NCBI GenBank assembly: GCA_050084515.1
Contig: CM114271.1
Location: 22,444,001 to 22,508,000 of the forward strand
DNA from: Blasia pusilla
Lineage: Eukaryota
Direction of reading: 5' to 3'
Length of the DNA stretch: 64,000 nt
Each line of letters starts with the position of its first letter. The stretch's first letter is position 1. Shown here piece by piece: positions 35,369-49,510 of the stretch. The notes beneath the pieces are model-generated. The model did not search any database, was not told the DNA's origin, and saw only the letters and a program-made list of their open reading frames with translations. The position numbers and the translations under genes are program-made.

Positions 35369-38300
35369 TCAGGGCTGCCATGGAGGAGGAGGGGGAGGAG
35401 GGGCGACGTACATGTTGGGGAGGGATGCGAAGAGTGTGTTGCGATCGACTCCGCTCGGAGCGACTTCGGAAAGGGCGATGAGGGCGCCCACGAGGCCGGC
35501 GTTGCCGGATGTGGTGGGTTCAGTGAAAGTGTAGTTGTTGCGTTTGTCGAGAAACTTGTCGTTGGAATCCGGGCCGCCCACCATGGCGCCGATCACGTCG
35601 TAGCGGTTGTTGCTCTTGGAGTCTCTGAATTTGAACCCGCCTGTGCATCCGTAGTTGTTCTTGTCCATGGGAATCGACGCCGCTCTGTGATGCACTTGCT
35701 TGGGGTACTTGTTGCCGAAACCCACCACGTAACTCATTCCCAAGGGATTCTTCCCCAAGATGTAGTCGATCTACAGTCGAACGAATCGGAGACACAATAT
35801 CGTCAGACAAGGAAGGACGGAACTACATGTGCAGCGCATTGACAGAAGTAGATTAGACGGTGATAGAAATCTTGTCAAGAGTTTGTAACGATCATACATA
35901 CGGGCACGGGTAGGATTCTTCCGAGGGCTGTAGTCGATCTACAGTCGAATCAGAGCAGCATCTCGTTGGACACTGAAGGAGGGAACTAGATAGATGTACA
36001 GAGAATTGGCAGAAGTAGATTAGACGGTGATGGAAATCTATGTCCAGTGTTTATAAAGATCGTGAGCCAGTAAAGGAATCTTCCCCAGGACGTAGATGGT
36101 CTACGATTTACTCAAAGGTTTCGTCTATCTACGATCGAATCAGAGCAACGTCTCGTTAGACCATGAAGGAGGGAATCGATATACTGAGAGCATTGGCAGA
36201 AGTAGATTAGACTGTGATGGAATTCTTGTCAAGGGTTTGTAAAGTTCATGGACCTGAATAGGCTTATTCCCCAGCATGTAGTTGATCCACAGTCGAATCG
36301 AAGAGACATCTTGTTAGATTGTGCAGGATGGAACTAAGTGTGCAGAGTTGGGAGTGTATTAAACGGCGATGGAAATCTTGTCCAGTGTTTCTAAGGTTCA
36401 TGGGTCTACAATCGAATCAAATCGACATCTCGTGAGACAGTGCTGGAGGGATCTAAATGTGCAGACTATTGGCAGCAGTGGATTAGACGGTGATCGATCT
36501 CTGAAGGCATGGAATGAATAGAAAACCAACCTGTGAACGAGAGAAGTTCCGTAACACCTCAGAAAGGAACATATTAGGACCACAAAACCATCCGGGTATA
36601 TCTGCAGTGGTGAGATAATCCGCATACAGAGCAGCCATAAACGCTGCATTCGCCGCGTACTGAAGAGGTGCAGGTCTTCCATGGTTGAACAGCGTCAATC
36701 CCCCTGTTCCACGCGTGAGAGGTAAGCATAAATAAACACCAAAACCCCACCCCAATTCACCGCTCAGATGAGCCACAACTATGCACCGCGGATGACTAAT
36801 CATTTTCATGAAATCCGAAGACTGAAAACATTCCCGCAGATCTAGGGCTCACTAGCCTTCGCGCAATGGAGAGCATATATTCCCAAACGCAGCATTAGAA
36901 GCACTCGTGAGAGTGCTGATAGCAAGCAGAATACCTTTCGTCCTTTTGAATGCTTTGAACTGAGGTAGATAAGAGCACATCACGACATTGGTCTGATTGT
37001 TGTATTGTCGCAGAAGCTCCTCATACGGATATGGTTGCCCTTGCATGAGTCTGAGCCGCGTTAGGAGCATCTGAAAGGCCACACAACCACCGGAGTCAGC
37101 TGCAAATACCCCCTGAACACGATTTCACAAACTTTCAGAGGCAGCCTTGCGACCATATTCCACACCTCACACCCTGTTTGCCATTGCTGGCAATGGCAAG
37201 GCCGAGAAGTGGAGGACGTTATTCTACATAAGGGAGACATTAACGTAGTGTGAATGTGTGCCAAGAGAGTAGTACAGGTCCATGCTTCTAGAGGACAACC
37301 AAGAAGCTACACAATCGTCGTGACCTGGATTAGTGAATAGAGGCTGCGTTGGTTCACTGGTGTTTGAGGCTGTGGTGGAGAATTAAGTTGGATAAGTAGT
37401 ATCTGAGAGGAAGGGCGACTCTTGTTAATTGTGAGTGCTTCAATAACAGAGTGCCAAGCTCGTGCTTCCATATGTTAGTCAGCGCACGAACTCATCACAA
37501 CAGAACTTTCTTAACCTGAAGTGGGACCCCAAAGACCAGTGGGGCAGAGATGGGCAGCGAATCCAGACTATTGAACGTGACGACACGCTCTCCAGGAATT
37601 GTTGCTCTTTTGGCTGCAACTTTCTTGCAACTCAGCTGGAATTGTCTGAAAGTTCCATACCCATCGCCAGCCAATTTTGGTTCGAGTACCCTTCCTACTT
37701 TCTATACTTCGAAGCATCAGCCACACCCATAACTTTAGTCAGGATCACCGTGCAGGAATCTCTCGTGACAAACAGCTCTCGAGGACTTCTTGTTGCTGCT
37801 CTTTCAGCTAACACTTTCTTACAACTAGGCAAGAATTGATTGAAAGTTGCATCCCCATCGCTAGCTAAAGCAGGATTTTCGTTTGAGTACTTTCTATATT
37901 TCGAGGTATCATGAGCCCCTGCCCTGAACTGTAGTCAGCATCCCCGAGAAGAAATCCCTACGATAGCACCTGCGATCTGCTGGGTCAGGGTGCACAATTC
38001 GGAGGATTTGCTCATAAAGTAGTTCATGTCATAGACTTTAGATGTAGGCCTCATGCCTCCGAATGTCGGTGCCAGTGATCTCCACAGGTGAGGAAGCAAG
38101 AAACAGAAAGAAAGTAGAACATGACATGTGGAAAACTCTCTCATGGTGTAATAACTTCCATTCAAAGGAGCAAATAGACACACACTCTTTTCCCATTCAG
38201 CTGCGTCTCTCGCACTACTGCATTCAGTAGAACATAACTTGTTCACGATCTGGGCCATTGAACGAGTACCCTGATACTTCTCTCATAGAGCGTGAGTGCC

Positions 38301-41196
38301 GACCATTCAGAGAGCTGGTGGTGAGCTTCCAAGTATGAACCGAGAACAGCTTCTTTACAACACCATCACTACCACTGCACTTGCTGACCAGTGAATCCAG
38401 CCTCCCGAAAATGATGAATAGCTCTGGTGTGAGAGATACATATTCTCTCTTTACAGAGGGAGAGAAGAGAGAGGGAGAAGATAGAGAGAATGCATGAACG
38501 GATAGATTTTTTGTCCAGAGAGAGTGTGCGTGGATGCATATTTTCTCTCTACAGAAGGAGAGGAGATAGAGAAGGAATGAAGAGGTTTATTGTCCATAAA
38601 CTCTACTCATTTAGTAGTGCCTGTCCTAGCCTTGCCACCCTAGACCCTGGTTGGACGGTGCTTGAGACCTGGATGGGTGTAGAGAGAGGAAAAAGTGGAG
38701 AAGGTACCATATCCGAGGAGGGAGACACTGTCATATAGTAAGGGTGCTGACCATACAACGTGTTGGTGCGGAGCTTCCAAGTGTCAAACAGGAAGCTCTT
38801 CACCACACCATCCACTTCACCCGATTGGGATCCCCAATAAACATTACGTACCAGTGGAGCAGCTTTGGGCGATGAATCTAGGCTACTGAATGTGTTGAAC
38901 AATTCTGGTGTTACCAGCTTAGCAATATCAGCATATGCTCTTGCTCTGTGTGTCACGAATTTTGTGCAGGAGACCAAGTAGAGACTAGAGGTTTCATTCA
39001 TCCCCATCATCACACACAAGGCGCAAGAGTTTCATTGTGTTCCCATCGTGCTTTCCTTATGATTCGAGGAGTTGAGGAGAGAGAGAGACTGTACTCATTA
39101 AGTAGTGCCTGTCGTAGCCTTGCGACCGAGAGAGAGACTGTACTCATTAAGTAGTGCCTGTCGTAGCCTTGCGACCATAGACCCCGCGCCCTGGTTGGAC
39201 GGTGCTTGGACCGAGAGAGAGAGAGAATGAATGAATGAATGAATAGATTTATTGACTTAGTTTTGACACTTAACAACAAATTTGGAGAGAGAGCAAGCAC
39301 CAGCGAGGGCCTAAGGGGTCCTCAGAGCCAGGTGAGTGTCCCTGGTCTTCACACAACTATAAGAGAGAGAGAGAGCGAGGCTGCATACCTGGGCACCCAG
39401 AAGTTTGTTGTCCCAACTGAGGACGCCATAGTAGGGCCATCCGCCACTCGCCCCGGCATTCAGCGCTAGCCGTTGATTGGTAACTCTTGCGAGATACGTC
39501 AGGTTTCCAGTTGCGAAGTACAGCCACGACCCAGCCCACAGGAATTCATCCCAATAGCCTGTCGAATTGTAGAAAGCCGCCGAGTCTTTGACAGAATTCG
39601 AGTAGCGATTTCTCTTGCCCAAGTCCTGCGAGAATCGGTATAGCGACCCCGAAGCGTTCACGAGTTTCGTAGAGTAGGCGTTATCGTCCTTGAAGACTAT
39701 GGAGGCCGCAGCCAAAGCCGCTGCCATCTCTGCGCTCAAATCAGACCCAGTAGTCACAGAGAACGCAGGCCGTTTGTAGTCCATCTTCTCGGGCCTCTCC
39801 CAGCAGTGATGGTCATTGGGAGAAGTCGGAGTAGGTAATGTCCCTTGCCCAACCTTCACACACGAAACCAACGGGTTAGAATTACTGCGCGACTGCATGA
39901 TTCGGCTTCCAATTCAGAAGCAATCCTTTCGTCTCCTTCCAATTCGCGAGCTTCAGCTCATCGCTCAGTTCCGCGGACGCGACAGAAACGCTTTTGGCAA
40001 CTACCGGCAACGACTACGCTGTCCAGAGCGAGCAGTGATGGGAGTTTGCTCCAGAGCAGAGCAGAGCAAACTTCACGGCAATCACAGGGTAAGGAATCCA
40101 AACATCTACCTGCGCGAATATGTATGCCACATCTGTGGTGTTCACTGTGTAGTTGAAAGTCTTCAGCAGATAATCCGTGCCCCATTTGATGATTTCTCTG
40201 ACATGTTCGTATTCTTTAGCCGCTTGATACTTCGCTTTGTACTCTATGACGCTCCAACTGAGCAGCGTGAGGGTGTAGGCGGTGGGGAACGTGAACTTGA
40301 TGTTGTCCCCAGCATCATAGTAACCTCCCACCAGGTCGTGAGTGGGTCCCCCGGGACCGGAGACATCGCTGCCATCCTTTAAGCCCGAGTCACCTCTCCA
40401 TGAAATGTTGTTGTTCTTCGGTAGCTTTCCGGCTGAGACCAAACATAGACGAGTCGCGGAAATCAGTGGGTGGGGGTGGGGGTGGGGATGGGGGGAAGGA
40501 AAGCGATTTGGAACAACGATTCTCCGGATAAACACTATGACAAGAAATTGCGAAGGAAAAACGGAAGCACTTGAGAGTGTGCGCTGAGACGACTGTTGGA
40601 TGTTCGTTTCTTTCCTACGAATCTTGCGAAGTGGGCTACCAATCATGGGATGGGCTGAAGAAGCCATACGAAGAATCAGATCGTCGCCAGAAAAGCACGA
40701 CGAACGTGAGATGCTACGTTGACTTTACAGCCGCGCCAATTGATGGGGGAATTCAGTGCGAGCACTGCGGGAAAGTTCGACCGACTAACTGAAAATCGAG
40801 AGAGAGAGAGAGAGACGATGAGGAAGTCCGGGACGTACACTTTTGGGCGTCGAAGAAACGAAGAGCTTTGTGTAATGCCTGAGTGTAATTGTCAACGATC
40901 GGACCACCGCCGTGATGCTTCGGCAGAGTCTTGACGAGGAGAACTGTGAGGCCGGCAATGAATCCGCAAAATACGAAAATAACCGTGATGGTACAGCACG
41001 CGCGCCGACTAAGAATCATGCATCCTAGATCTATCCCCTTCTTCTTCTTCGGCTCTCCTCTCCCCAGCAGCCAACTTTGCTGCGTTTCTTCCAAAGCCCT
41101 TACGGAGGCCTGGTCGACGTCCGCATTGCTCCGGTCATCGCCGTCGGAGCCGGATCCATCGACCTTGTCCGACGACCCTCCCCACTTGTTGTACAT
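35369..41196 (-). CDS. KOR1: Membrane-anchored GH9A endo-1,4-beta-glucanase, KORRIGAN-type (618 aa, 6 exons)
   Basis: Exons 41196-40839, 40432-40110, 39853-39389, 37070-36935, 36703-36531 and 35770-35369; all GT-AG and frame-consistent (1857 nt). KOR hallmarks EETQQSWLL, a TM segment, [30 protein letters not shown] and a PPPPPPWQP tail. The symbol means KOR1-like; exact orthology was not tested. Confidence 0.95.
35745..36500 (-). repeat. Decayed tandem copies (~120-180 bp) of the intron 5/exon 6 junction
   Basis: Recurring gtagtcgatctacagtcgaa and gcagaagtagattagacggtgatggaaatcttgtc near 35762, 35930, 36090-36135, 36278 and 36405. Confidence 0.8.
38604..39211 (-). mobile_element. Possible LINE/SINE 3' remnant in GH9 intron 3
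   Basis: ORF 38603-39019 fragment, plus three copies of tactcatt.agtagtgcctgtc.tagccttgc.acc (38604, 39092, 39142) beside GA microsatellites. Confidence 0.35.
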
Positions 41197-44100
41197 GGCT
41201 GGAAGCTGCTACTACTAGATCACCACGGACGCTCGAGAAGCTGAAGCTCCCGGGAAGCTCTTCAATGTAGGACGAGGGATCCCTGCACGTCGTGGGCGGC
41301 ACAATCTTCGGCCAGTCCGCGATTTTGCAGCATGCTGCAAAAACAGGGAAAACGCGCCACAGACGTCAAGCTGTCGAGGAAGGATGGGCGCTCTCCCGCA
41401 GAATTGGTCTCTGGCACGAGCTGATCATGGTACACAGCTTGAAGGAAGAAATTCCGCGAGGAGAGAATTCTCTTGGCGAAAGAGTCCCCCGTATCTTCTC
41501 TCGTCGAATTGAACCTGCGCAATTCCCTGACGTGGTCCTCGGCAATCGAAGGTGCCCGATCGTGCTCGACCACACGCGCCTTCGGCCTACTTCTCGAATC
41601 ACCTGGACCATAGACATACCGGCTCAGCGATCGCCCAGACGCAAAGGCACAGAATTATGACGAAAGAAACCACCCCCGACCTCCCAGCTAACCAGACGAA
41701 ATCTACCACCACCACCTCCACAACAACAACTTCAACGTACAAAACGCAACTCATTCCGCACACACAGTATTGTTTGAGTCAACGCACTTCCAGCAACAGA
41801 TTCGCCGCAGTCCAGAGGACGCGCGCAACACAATTGCCTCGGGCTTCGAAACTCACCGCTCTCGCCGCCCGATCCGCATCGCCCTCGCAAATACAACAAC
41901 AAATCACGATCTGCAGCAGCTACCACTTCCACTTCTTCTTCTTCCCCCTTCTCAAGCTTCCTCACGACTCAAGAAGCACCGCTCCGGATGTAGTAATCTC
42001 ACCCCGAAGAGCGAGGGATCATCTCCGAGTCTCGCATTCATTATTCATTGCCGCTGGGAAGTGGGAAGAACCGCACGGAATCGCGGGTCCAAGAGACGAA
42101 CGAAACACCGCAGCGATGGAAGGGAGGGGAGAGGAAGGACGGAAGGATGGAAGGAATTACTACGGAACAGAATACCGCGGAGCAACGGGAAAGTCACGGT
42201 TCCCGGCGCCGCTTTGGCGGGCCCGAGTTCGACTCGTTTTTTTCGCATACGAACTTTTTTTGCATGCGCTCGTCCTCCTCCGCATGTTTCTCTTTTCTTT
42301 CCCTCCGTCCGCTTTTTCTTTCCTTTTCATTATTGCCCGTCTCTCCCCGTCGTCCCACCATACGTGCCGTCCGATATCAGATCCGACGCCTGTCCACGTG
42401 CCACACCGCTGCCCCCACTTCAGGGCCACCCGGTGGCTCCGAGTAACATTGGACTTACTCTCATTGGGGATCGTCCAGCTGTGAGATGGAGCTCCTATCT
42501 TGACTCAATCGGACGGTGTAGAGTCTCCGATACGTGACCGGAGTTACTGATCTCGTCTGAGTAAAACTTTGCGTCAAAGCCGGTTAACCCCTAGTAGGGA
42601 ATATCGGAACAACTCTCCGTGGAACTCGACCCGTTATTGTCGGGATCTTGACTTTGAAGCTCTGTGTCCCGTGACTTTGGGAGTCTGGGACCCGCCTCCG
42701 AGCTGGTGTGCTCCACTCCGACCGGCCATCTAAGGACCGCGGAGTTCTTAGCTTCACAACGTTCCTCTTGGAACGCCAGGAAAGATCTAGTTTAGAATCG
42801 CCCTAAATAGATTTAGGTTATCGCTTCTTTCGGTTCTTTATCTGCCCCAGTTGAGATTGCCTCCACCAGCGTTTATCGCGGGTTTTATGACTAGTAATAT
42901 TTTTCCCCGTGCGATGCATACGTGAATAAATTTTAATTTTTTATTTATTAATTATGGAAATTTTAATTTATCCCTTTTTCAATTCCTATATTTAAAAAAG
43001 TAAAAGAAAATAATTTATTTGATGGTTTTTCCTCCAAATAGGTATTAAATTTTTCTCCCAATCTAACTTGAAAATTTAAATAATATAGAAATATTATGTC
43101 TTCCATTATTTTGAAGAATAATTCTTGTCCCATTTGTGTCCTATCATCTTTCTCGATTTTCCCTCAAAACTAAACTTTAAATTATTTTTTGTCATAATTT
43201 CGTTGGCATGAGAATTGAGAAAAGAATTTTAAATTTTCAAATGAAAAAATACAATAAAAATGAAAGAAACTTTAGAAGATTTCATGGGAAAGATGTTTGA
43301 GTTTGAATATATTATTATTATTTAAATATTATTTAAAATAACCTAATTATTAAAACCTTACCATTCTTGTTTTTTGTTTTGTATAATATAAATATTTCAA
43401 AAAAATCATGAATTGGGAACATGGAAAAATCTTATAGGTGTCATTCATTCATTGGTCTTCAAAGCGAACTAATGCCTTCAATAGTATGATATGATGTATT
43501 CCTTATGCCAAAGATATTAGATTTGTTAGATTTTGGGGGTTTTTCCCCTTATTCTCGGTCGAGTATGGTAAGGAGTTTACTCTCTAAATCCTAAGCGTGA
43601 GATCATGGTCGTGATGCATCTTTCATATTGGTAAGAGTAATGTTCAACTATTTGACATTTCTTCGACAAAAGTTTTGGGCACTAGAAATCCAAGGGTCCT
43701 TTTAAGAGTTGATTCCACGGACAGCTCTTATGGTCGTGGGGTGTAATTGTGAGGCATTTTTACATCAAGAGATATTGTTTGTTAGATTAATAATATGGGC
43801 TATTAGGGTGGATATTTTTGGGCCTCCTTACGTTCACGGAAATATAGCATGCATGAAATTAGAATATGATCCCATCTATAATATCATTAGAGAGTGCTAT
43901 TTCATTTCCTTAAATTCTTTTCTTTGGCACTTAGCATTCTCAACCAATAGAATCGTTCAAGATTGATTAAAAACATTATTTGACCATTTTGAAAATTATT
44001 TATCATTTTTGAAAATAATTTAAACCTCTACTACTAATAAGAACACCATTGCTATTCACAAGCATGGTATCTTCTTTTGATTGCCTAACCCTTTTGCAAC

Positions 44101-45026
44101 AACTCACAAAACTATTTGAATATTTGTGTGATGAAAAGAAATTCACATGCCGATAATAAATTACTATTTTAAAAAAAGTCTTCTTACCTCCTACTTATAG
44201 TAACCCCATCACACGATACTAGCATGGAAAAAATTTAGGGACTCCCTCATATTTCGTTCGGATTTGGGATCCCATGGGCATTTACATTTCCTACATGTGC
44301 TTCCCCTAAATTCTCCTTAATACATTACCTTAACTTAGTCCAGAATGCGAGTTTCTCCTTAATACATTACCTTAATTTAGTCCAGAATGATTTCCACCAT
44401 TCCAATCATCTAGAGCAAGTCCCCATGGAACAAATTTTGGATAGCATGGTCCTTATCTTGGTCATAATGATTTATATTAAAGAACTAAAGTTTGATATTT
44501 GGTCTCTTCAAGCCGAAAAATAAAAGGGTCTTTTGGACGTGGAAATCCTCGCGACCCCGAGCAGCCAACATTTTTCGAATATATTTTATGCGCCTCGTAG
44601 TTTTGGTGGGAACCCATACTTATAATGGGTTCTTTCAGCCTCTAATGTTCTCTCCCATACACACGCAAAAATCCACAACCATCCAAACCGGACGTCCGTC
44701 CGTCCGTCCACACGGGTACTTAACGCGTGCACAGGGAGTCATTTCCTTGAGGTTCACACTTCAACATGCTCTTGGGTTGAAGCCTCCCTAGTGTACAGAC
44801 AGTTCACACCTGCCCAGAAATAAACCGTTGGATAGTTTTGAGGTACTCGACAAACCCCACTATACTAACTAAAAAAATCCCTTCCCAATGGGCCTCGCAA
44901 TGGTGGTTTATGTGCAAACCATAAACCACCGTAGGTCGTGTTTGTTTGGTGAGAAATATTCGGTAATTGTTTGGTGGGAAATATTCCGAATGGGTTCGGA
45001 AAACTTTGTTTTTTCCCTTGGCTGGA

Positions 45027-45208
45027 GAGGATGGTGTAGTTACTACCAATTATCCATACAGTGGAACTTTCCGTCCTACTGCTTAGGACATAAGAACATG
45101 GGGCAGGAGGCTGTCCCTCTGAAATTCCCTGGCCCATGTTCTTATGTCCGAAGCAGCAGGACGGAAAGTTCCACTGTATGGATAACTGGTAGTAACTATA
45201 CTATCCTC
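45027..45208. repeat. Long hairpin: 76-bp inverted arms with a 30-nt loop
   Basis: 45027-45102 vs 45133-45208, with 5 mismatches. Confidence 0.9.
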
Positions 45209-48200
45209 CTCTGTGCGAGACTAGCGCACGGGCGGGTCTGTAATGCTCTGCCAGATGGCAGAAGGAAGGACGACGAACGCAGTTGACCGACGTGTGTGGT
45301 CGCCGTGTCGTGCTTACAGAACGACACGGGCCCACGGCCTTAGCGACGCTTCCGATCCCTGACTCGGACAGGGCCTCTGCAACTTCACCGACGGTTCCGT
45401 ATCGCCTACAGCAGGGCGTCGCCGTCGCCGTCCACCGTCACCCCGACCTCGCCTCCGGGGCCTTTTCATAGCAAACGTTGACGGCGTCACGGCGCCGTCG
45501 ACGGGATACCCACCGGCCCACCACATACCACCAATCAACTGCACCGTGGACTTTCGGATCCTTCTTACCTACCGTTTAGTTTAGGCTGTTTATCATCGAT
45601 ATTTCAAGAGGGTTATTCGATTTGGTTTCTTAATGTTCGATTTGAATTATTAGGTGTGTTTGTGTGAGTTTTTTTATTTTATTTCAGTCATCTGAATTTT
45701 AGATGAGTCAGATAACATAAGTGGATGCAGGGTAATTTAAATTATTTATTATATTTACTTATGAATTGATTAATTTTTTAAAAATTTAATTGATTTTTCA
45801 AATAAAATTTTATCAATAGTGCTAGTTGATAAATCGAATGATCCTATTTATTGAGAGGCCCAAGTGTCCAAAAGAGTGTTTTAAAATTAAGAAGGCACTC
45901 TCCAATAGTAACATTTTTACTTGTCAAATTTCTTAAAGATATCTCTCTCCTTCTTCAAGGTTGAGTATGGTTAGAGTTTCAAGATTAGCTAGATCACCCC
46001 ACCTTACACTTCCCTAACCTCATTTTTCTGGTTGTCCAATTGTCATGTGTTAATCAAAGAGATATTTGTAAATGAAGAAGTTATCCTCCCATAATAATAT
46101 GGATTAGATTTTTATTATTATATAGAATTTCCTTTATCGTAAGTTTCCTTGTTTGAATCCTTTTCACTTCCTAAATTTTTTTTCCAAATTTAGAAAGAAA
46201 TTCTATGAATTAAAGGTACTTTTCATCATAAAAGAAAATAAAGGTTGAAAATGCAATGAAAACCCATCAAATGTGGACCAATCAAAGAGACTAAGGAGAA
46301 AAAAGGGAAGTGGATGGGAGGGAGTTGTTCCATGGACGATAACCAAGTTTATAACATAAGTTAAGAATGGAATAATTAGGGTGTCAAGCCATAGGTTAAT
46401 ATGATTAGATGTGGCATGTCGTGGCAATATACACATTGTCAAATATAAGTAGTAGAGGCAATGGGGAAGAGGAATAAGATCACACATTATCCTCTTTTTA
46501 TAAAGGATTTATATTGTTTTGTGATACTACCCCTCAATATTTGTGGGATAAGAGCCTCTGCATGTTATTTCTATTAGAGTATTCTAATTCCTCCATTTGA
46601 GGAATAGATTGTCTTATGAAAATGATCCCTTATACTACTTGGAGTGTATCTCCATTATGTTGTAGCATTCCTAAGCTTATGGGATCTTGGCATAACTCGT
46701 TCCATAGGAGACACAACCATACCTTTAAATTTTAAGGAATTTATTTGTAATCATGTTTCCACATCCCTAGTTGATATTGATTCAAATATTGGGATATATA
46801 GTTGTCAATGGATAATCTCATTTGAGTACGCGGTTTTCTTTCCTTTTTTTCCTGTAATCATTGGCACGTCGATACCACATAAGGATTCCTTTTCTATTCA
46901 TACTTGGATAGGCTGTAGTTTTGGACCTAATTGATAACTTAAATCCACCTATTTGTTATTTTGATGTATTTCCCAACCCTTATATGTCTTACTACCTATT
47001 TTAGATGGATTCTTGATTTATTGAATGATTTCAAGAATGTAGAAATGAAAAGTATGACTTGTTTGAAATAAATTTCCTCTCTATGTTAGGATTACAAATC
47101 ATCTTTACTACATTATATATTTTACATTGGGAATGACGTTCAATCAGTTGAGTTGGACTCGATTGGACCCATGTATGTTGAGTCATCCACTAATTAAAAG
47201 GATTGAGATGTGAGATAAGGTCTTGGGAAAGGCGAAAAGAGGCTACATTATAGGTTTCAAGTAGCTTTTTCATGAGCATCAAGTTTTTGTGGAGGTTTGC
47301 TCTAGACATTTTTCATTATGAAAAAATAACTTTCTTATATATTCATTCCTTGGGGTTTTTTTAGCAAGTCGTATTTTTATCCAAGACCAAATAATCCTTC
47401 CAATTTTTAGTTCAAGCTTGAAATCCAAAGGGTCTCTTTGTTTGATACCTAGTACAATATACTCCATGTTAAAGCACCTTAATGGTTATTTCATGGGAAT
47501 CAAACTTTTGGGCATTTTTTTTAAAATCAGCCCAGAAAAAAATTGATCAACTTTTGCATATGGATTCTAATTTGGTGGGTTCAAATTTTGAGATGCTTAA
47601 TGATGAATTGGTTTTGGAACCACTAACATTTGCAAATCATGTTGATTAAAATTGAGTAGATTTATTTCAAATTACCCTTCCTTCACTCGAAAATTTTGTA
47701 TTCCTTTCTAATACGCCCACACAAATGGGCTTCTGAACTTTTCTCGAGCAAAAGGAAAACTTGAGCCTGAGGCTGATGTCTTGAATTATAGGAGATACTA
47801 TTTTTTAAGTTATTGATTGAAGTTGTTTGAAGGATCTTTCTTTCTCCTATGCCTTACTAATTAAGATAGTGTTGGTGTTATGTTCATTAAAACTTTGAGT
47901 TCTCCTTTGTGGAATTCATATCCACTTCTCAAGCAAGTCACTTTTAACCTCAACCATGGATTTCAATTATTAATTTAAGTATCGTACATCATATTGGCAC
48001 CTTACTAGTACCTCACAAACCCAAAATGGTATTCTAGATGATTGTGTAATTATAAGATTGGGAAAGCATCCCAAAATAAAATTAATTGTATCTTTAGTAT
48101 TAAACTATCCTTGATGAGTTATATGGTATTAGAATTATTGTAGATGATGATGATCTTATTATGATCACATCATGAGGATTAAGCAAACTAGACAAGCCTC

Positions 48201-48290
48201 TTGAAATATCCATATGTATTAGGGACACATAGTCAACATTTGAAGAATTGATTCTATTTCAAATCACCGAAGAGATACGAGTAAGATGTC

Positions 48291-49510
48291 GTGTTTCTTC
48301 AAGTGATTTGCAAAATTATGCATATTATGTAGGCGCAAGTAGAAATAAAAATTTTGGTCGGAAAAATTATAACTATGGAAGAAGATTTTGCTATAAAAGT
48401 GAGGTTCAACGCAACAAGTGTATGTACCAAGGTCAACAATAACAACAACAAGGTTGCACAGAAATAGACTGGTTCAATTCATCTCTTGCTTGGGTATTTT
48501 TAGTACCCACATCGTCTGTGCGAGCTCAAGATGCGAGAACAGGTGTGGACTCAGATTAAGGATGTAGGGAAGGGATGAAGTGGGTGTACAGGTTGCGGGC
48601 CCACATAGAGCTTACAATAGCCCAGGTAGTGTTTCTTCGAGTGATTTGCAAAATACTCATATTACTTAGGCGCATGTAGAAATATAAATTTTGGTCGGAA
48701 AATTTATAACTATGGAAGAATACTTTGCTCTAAAAGTCAGGTTCAACACAACAAGTTTATGTACCAAGGCCAACAATAACAACAACAAGGTTGCACAGAA
48801 ACAGACTGGTTCAATTCATCTCATGGGTTTTTGTAGTACCCGCATCGTCTATGCGTGCTCAAGATGTGAAAACAGGTCTGGGCTTAGACTAAGGATGCAT
48901 GGAAGGGATCAAGTGGGTGTGCATGTTGCGGGCCCACACCAAGCCTTATCCGCAGCCTACACTAGCCCAGGTAGTGTTTCTTCAAGTGATTTGCAAAAAT
49001 ATGCATATTACGTAGGCGCAGGTAGAAATATAAATTTTGGCCGGAAAAAATTATAGCTATGGAAGAATATCTTGCCCTAAAAGTCAAGGTCAACACAATA
49101 AGTGTATGTACCAAGGCCAAAAATAACAACAACAAGGTTGTACGGAAACAGACTGGTTCAATTCATCTTGTGCTGGGTTTTTTTAGTACCCGCATCCTCT
49201 GTGCGAGCTCAAGATCCGAGAACATGTCTGGGCTCAGATTAAGGATGTAGGGAAGGGATCAAGTGGGTGTGCAAGTTGCAGGCCCACACCAAGCCTATAC
49301 CTCAACCTACACTAGCCTAGGTAGTGTTTTTCCAAGTGATTTGCAAGAATATGCGCATGGAAACAGACTGGCTCAATTCATCTCGTGCTTGGGTTTTTTT
49401 AGTACCTGCATCGTCTGTGCGAGAACAGGGTTGGGCTCAAATTAAGGATGTAGGGAAGGGATCAAGTGGGTGTGCAGGTTGCACGCCCACACCGAGCCTA
49501 CACCTCAGCC
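48291..49510 (+). repeat. ~345-bp tandem repeat, ~3.5 copies
   Basis: Units start gtgtttcttcaagtgatttgcaa near 48291, 48629, 48975 and 49324; the last copy has internal deletions. Confidence 0.9.

Noticed and set aside
35288-40382. Plus-strand ORFs 35288-35842 and 39816-40382
   Set aside because: Antisense shadows of GH9 exons.
41552-42537. Long plus-strand ORFs (310 and 255 aa)
   Set aside because: Low-complexity translations with no recognisable domain, over the GC-rich promoter/5' UTR of the GH9 gene.
44027-44795. Helitron-like 5' end tctactactaataag
   Set aside because: No convincing matching 3' hairpin-CTRR end could be assigned.
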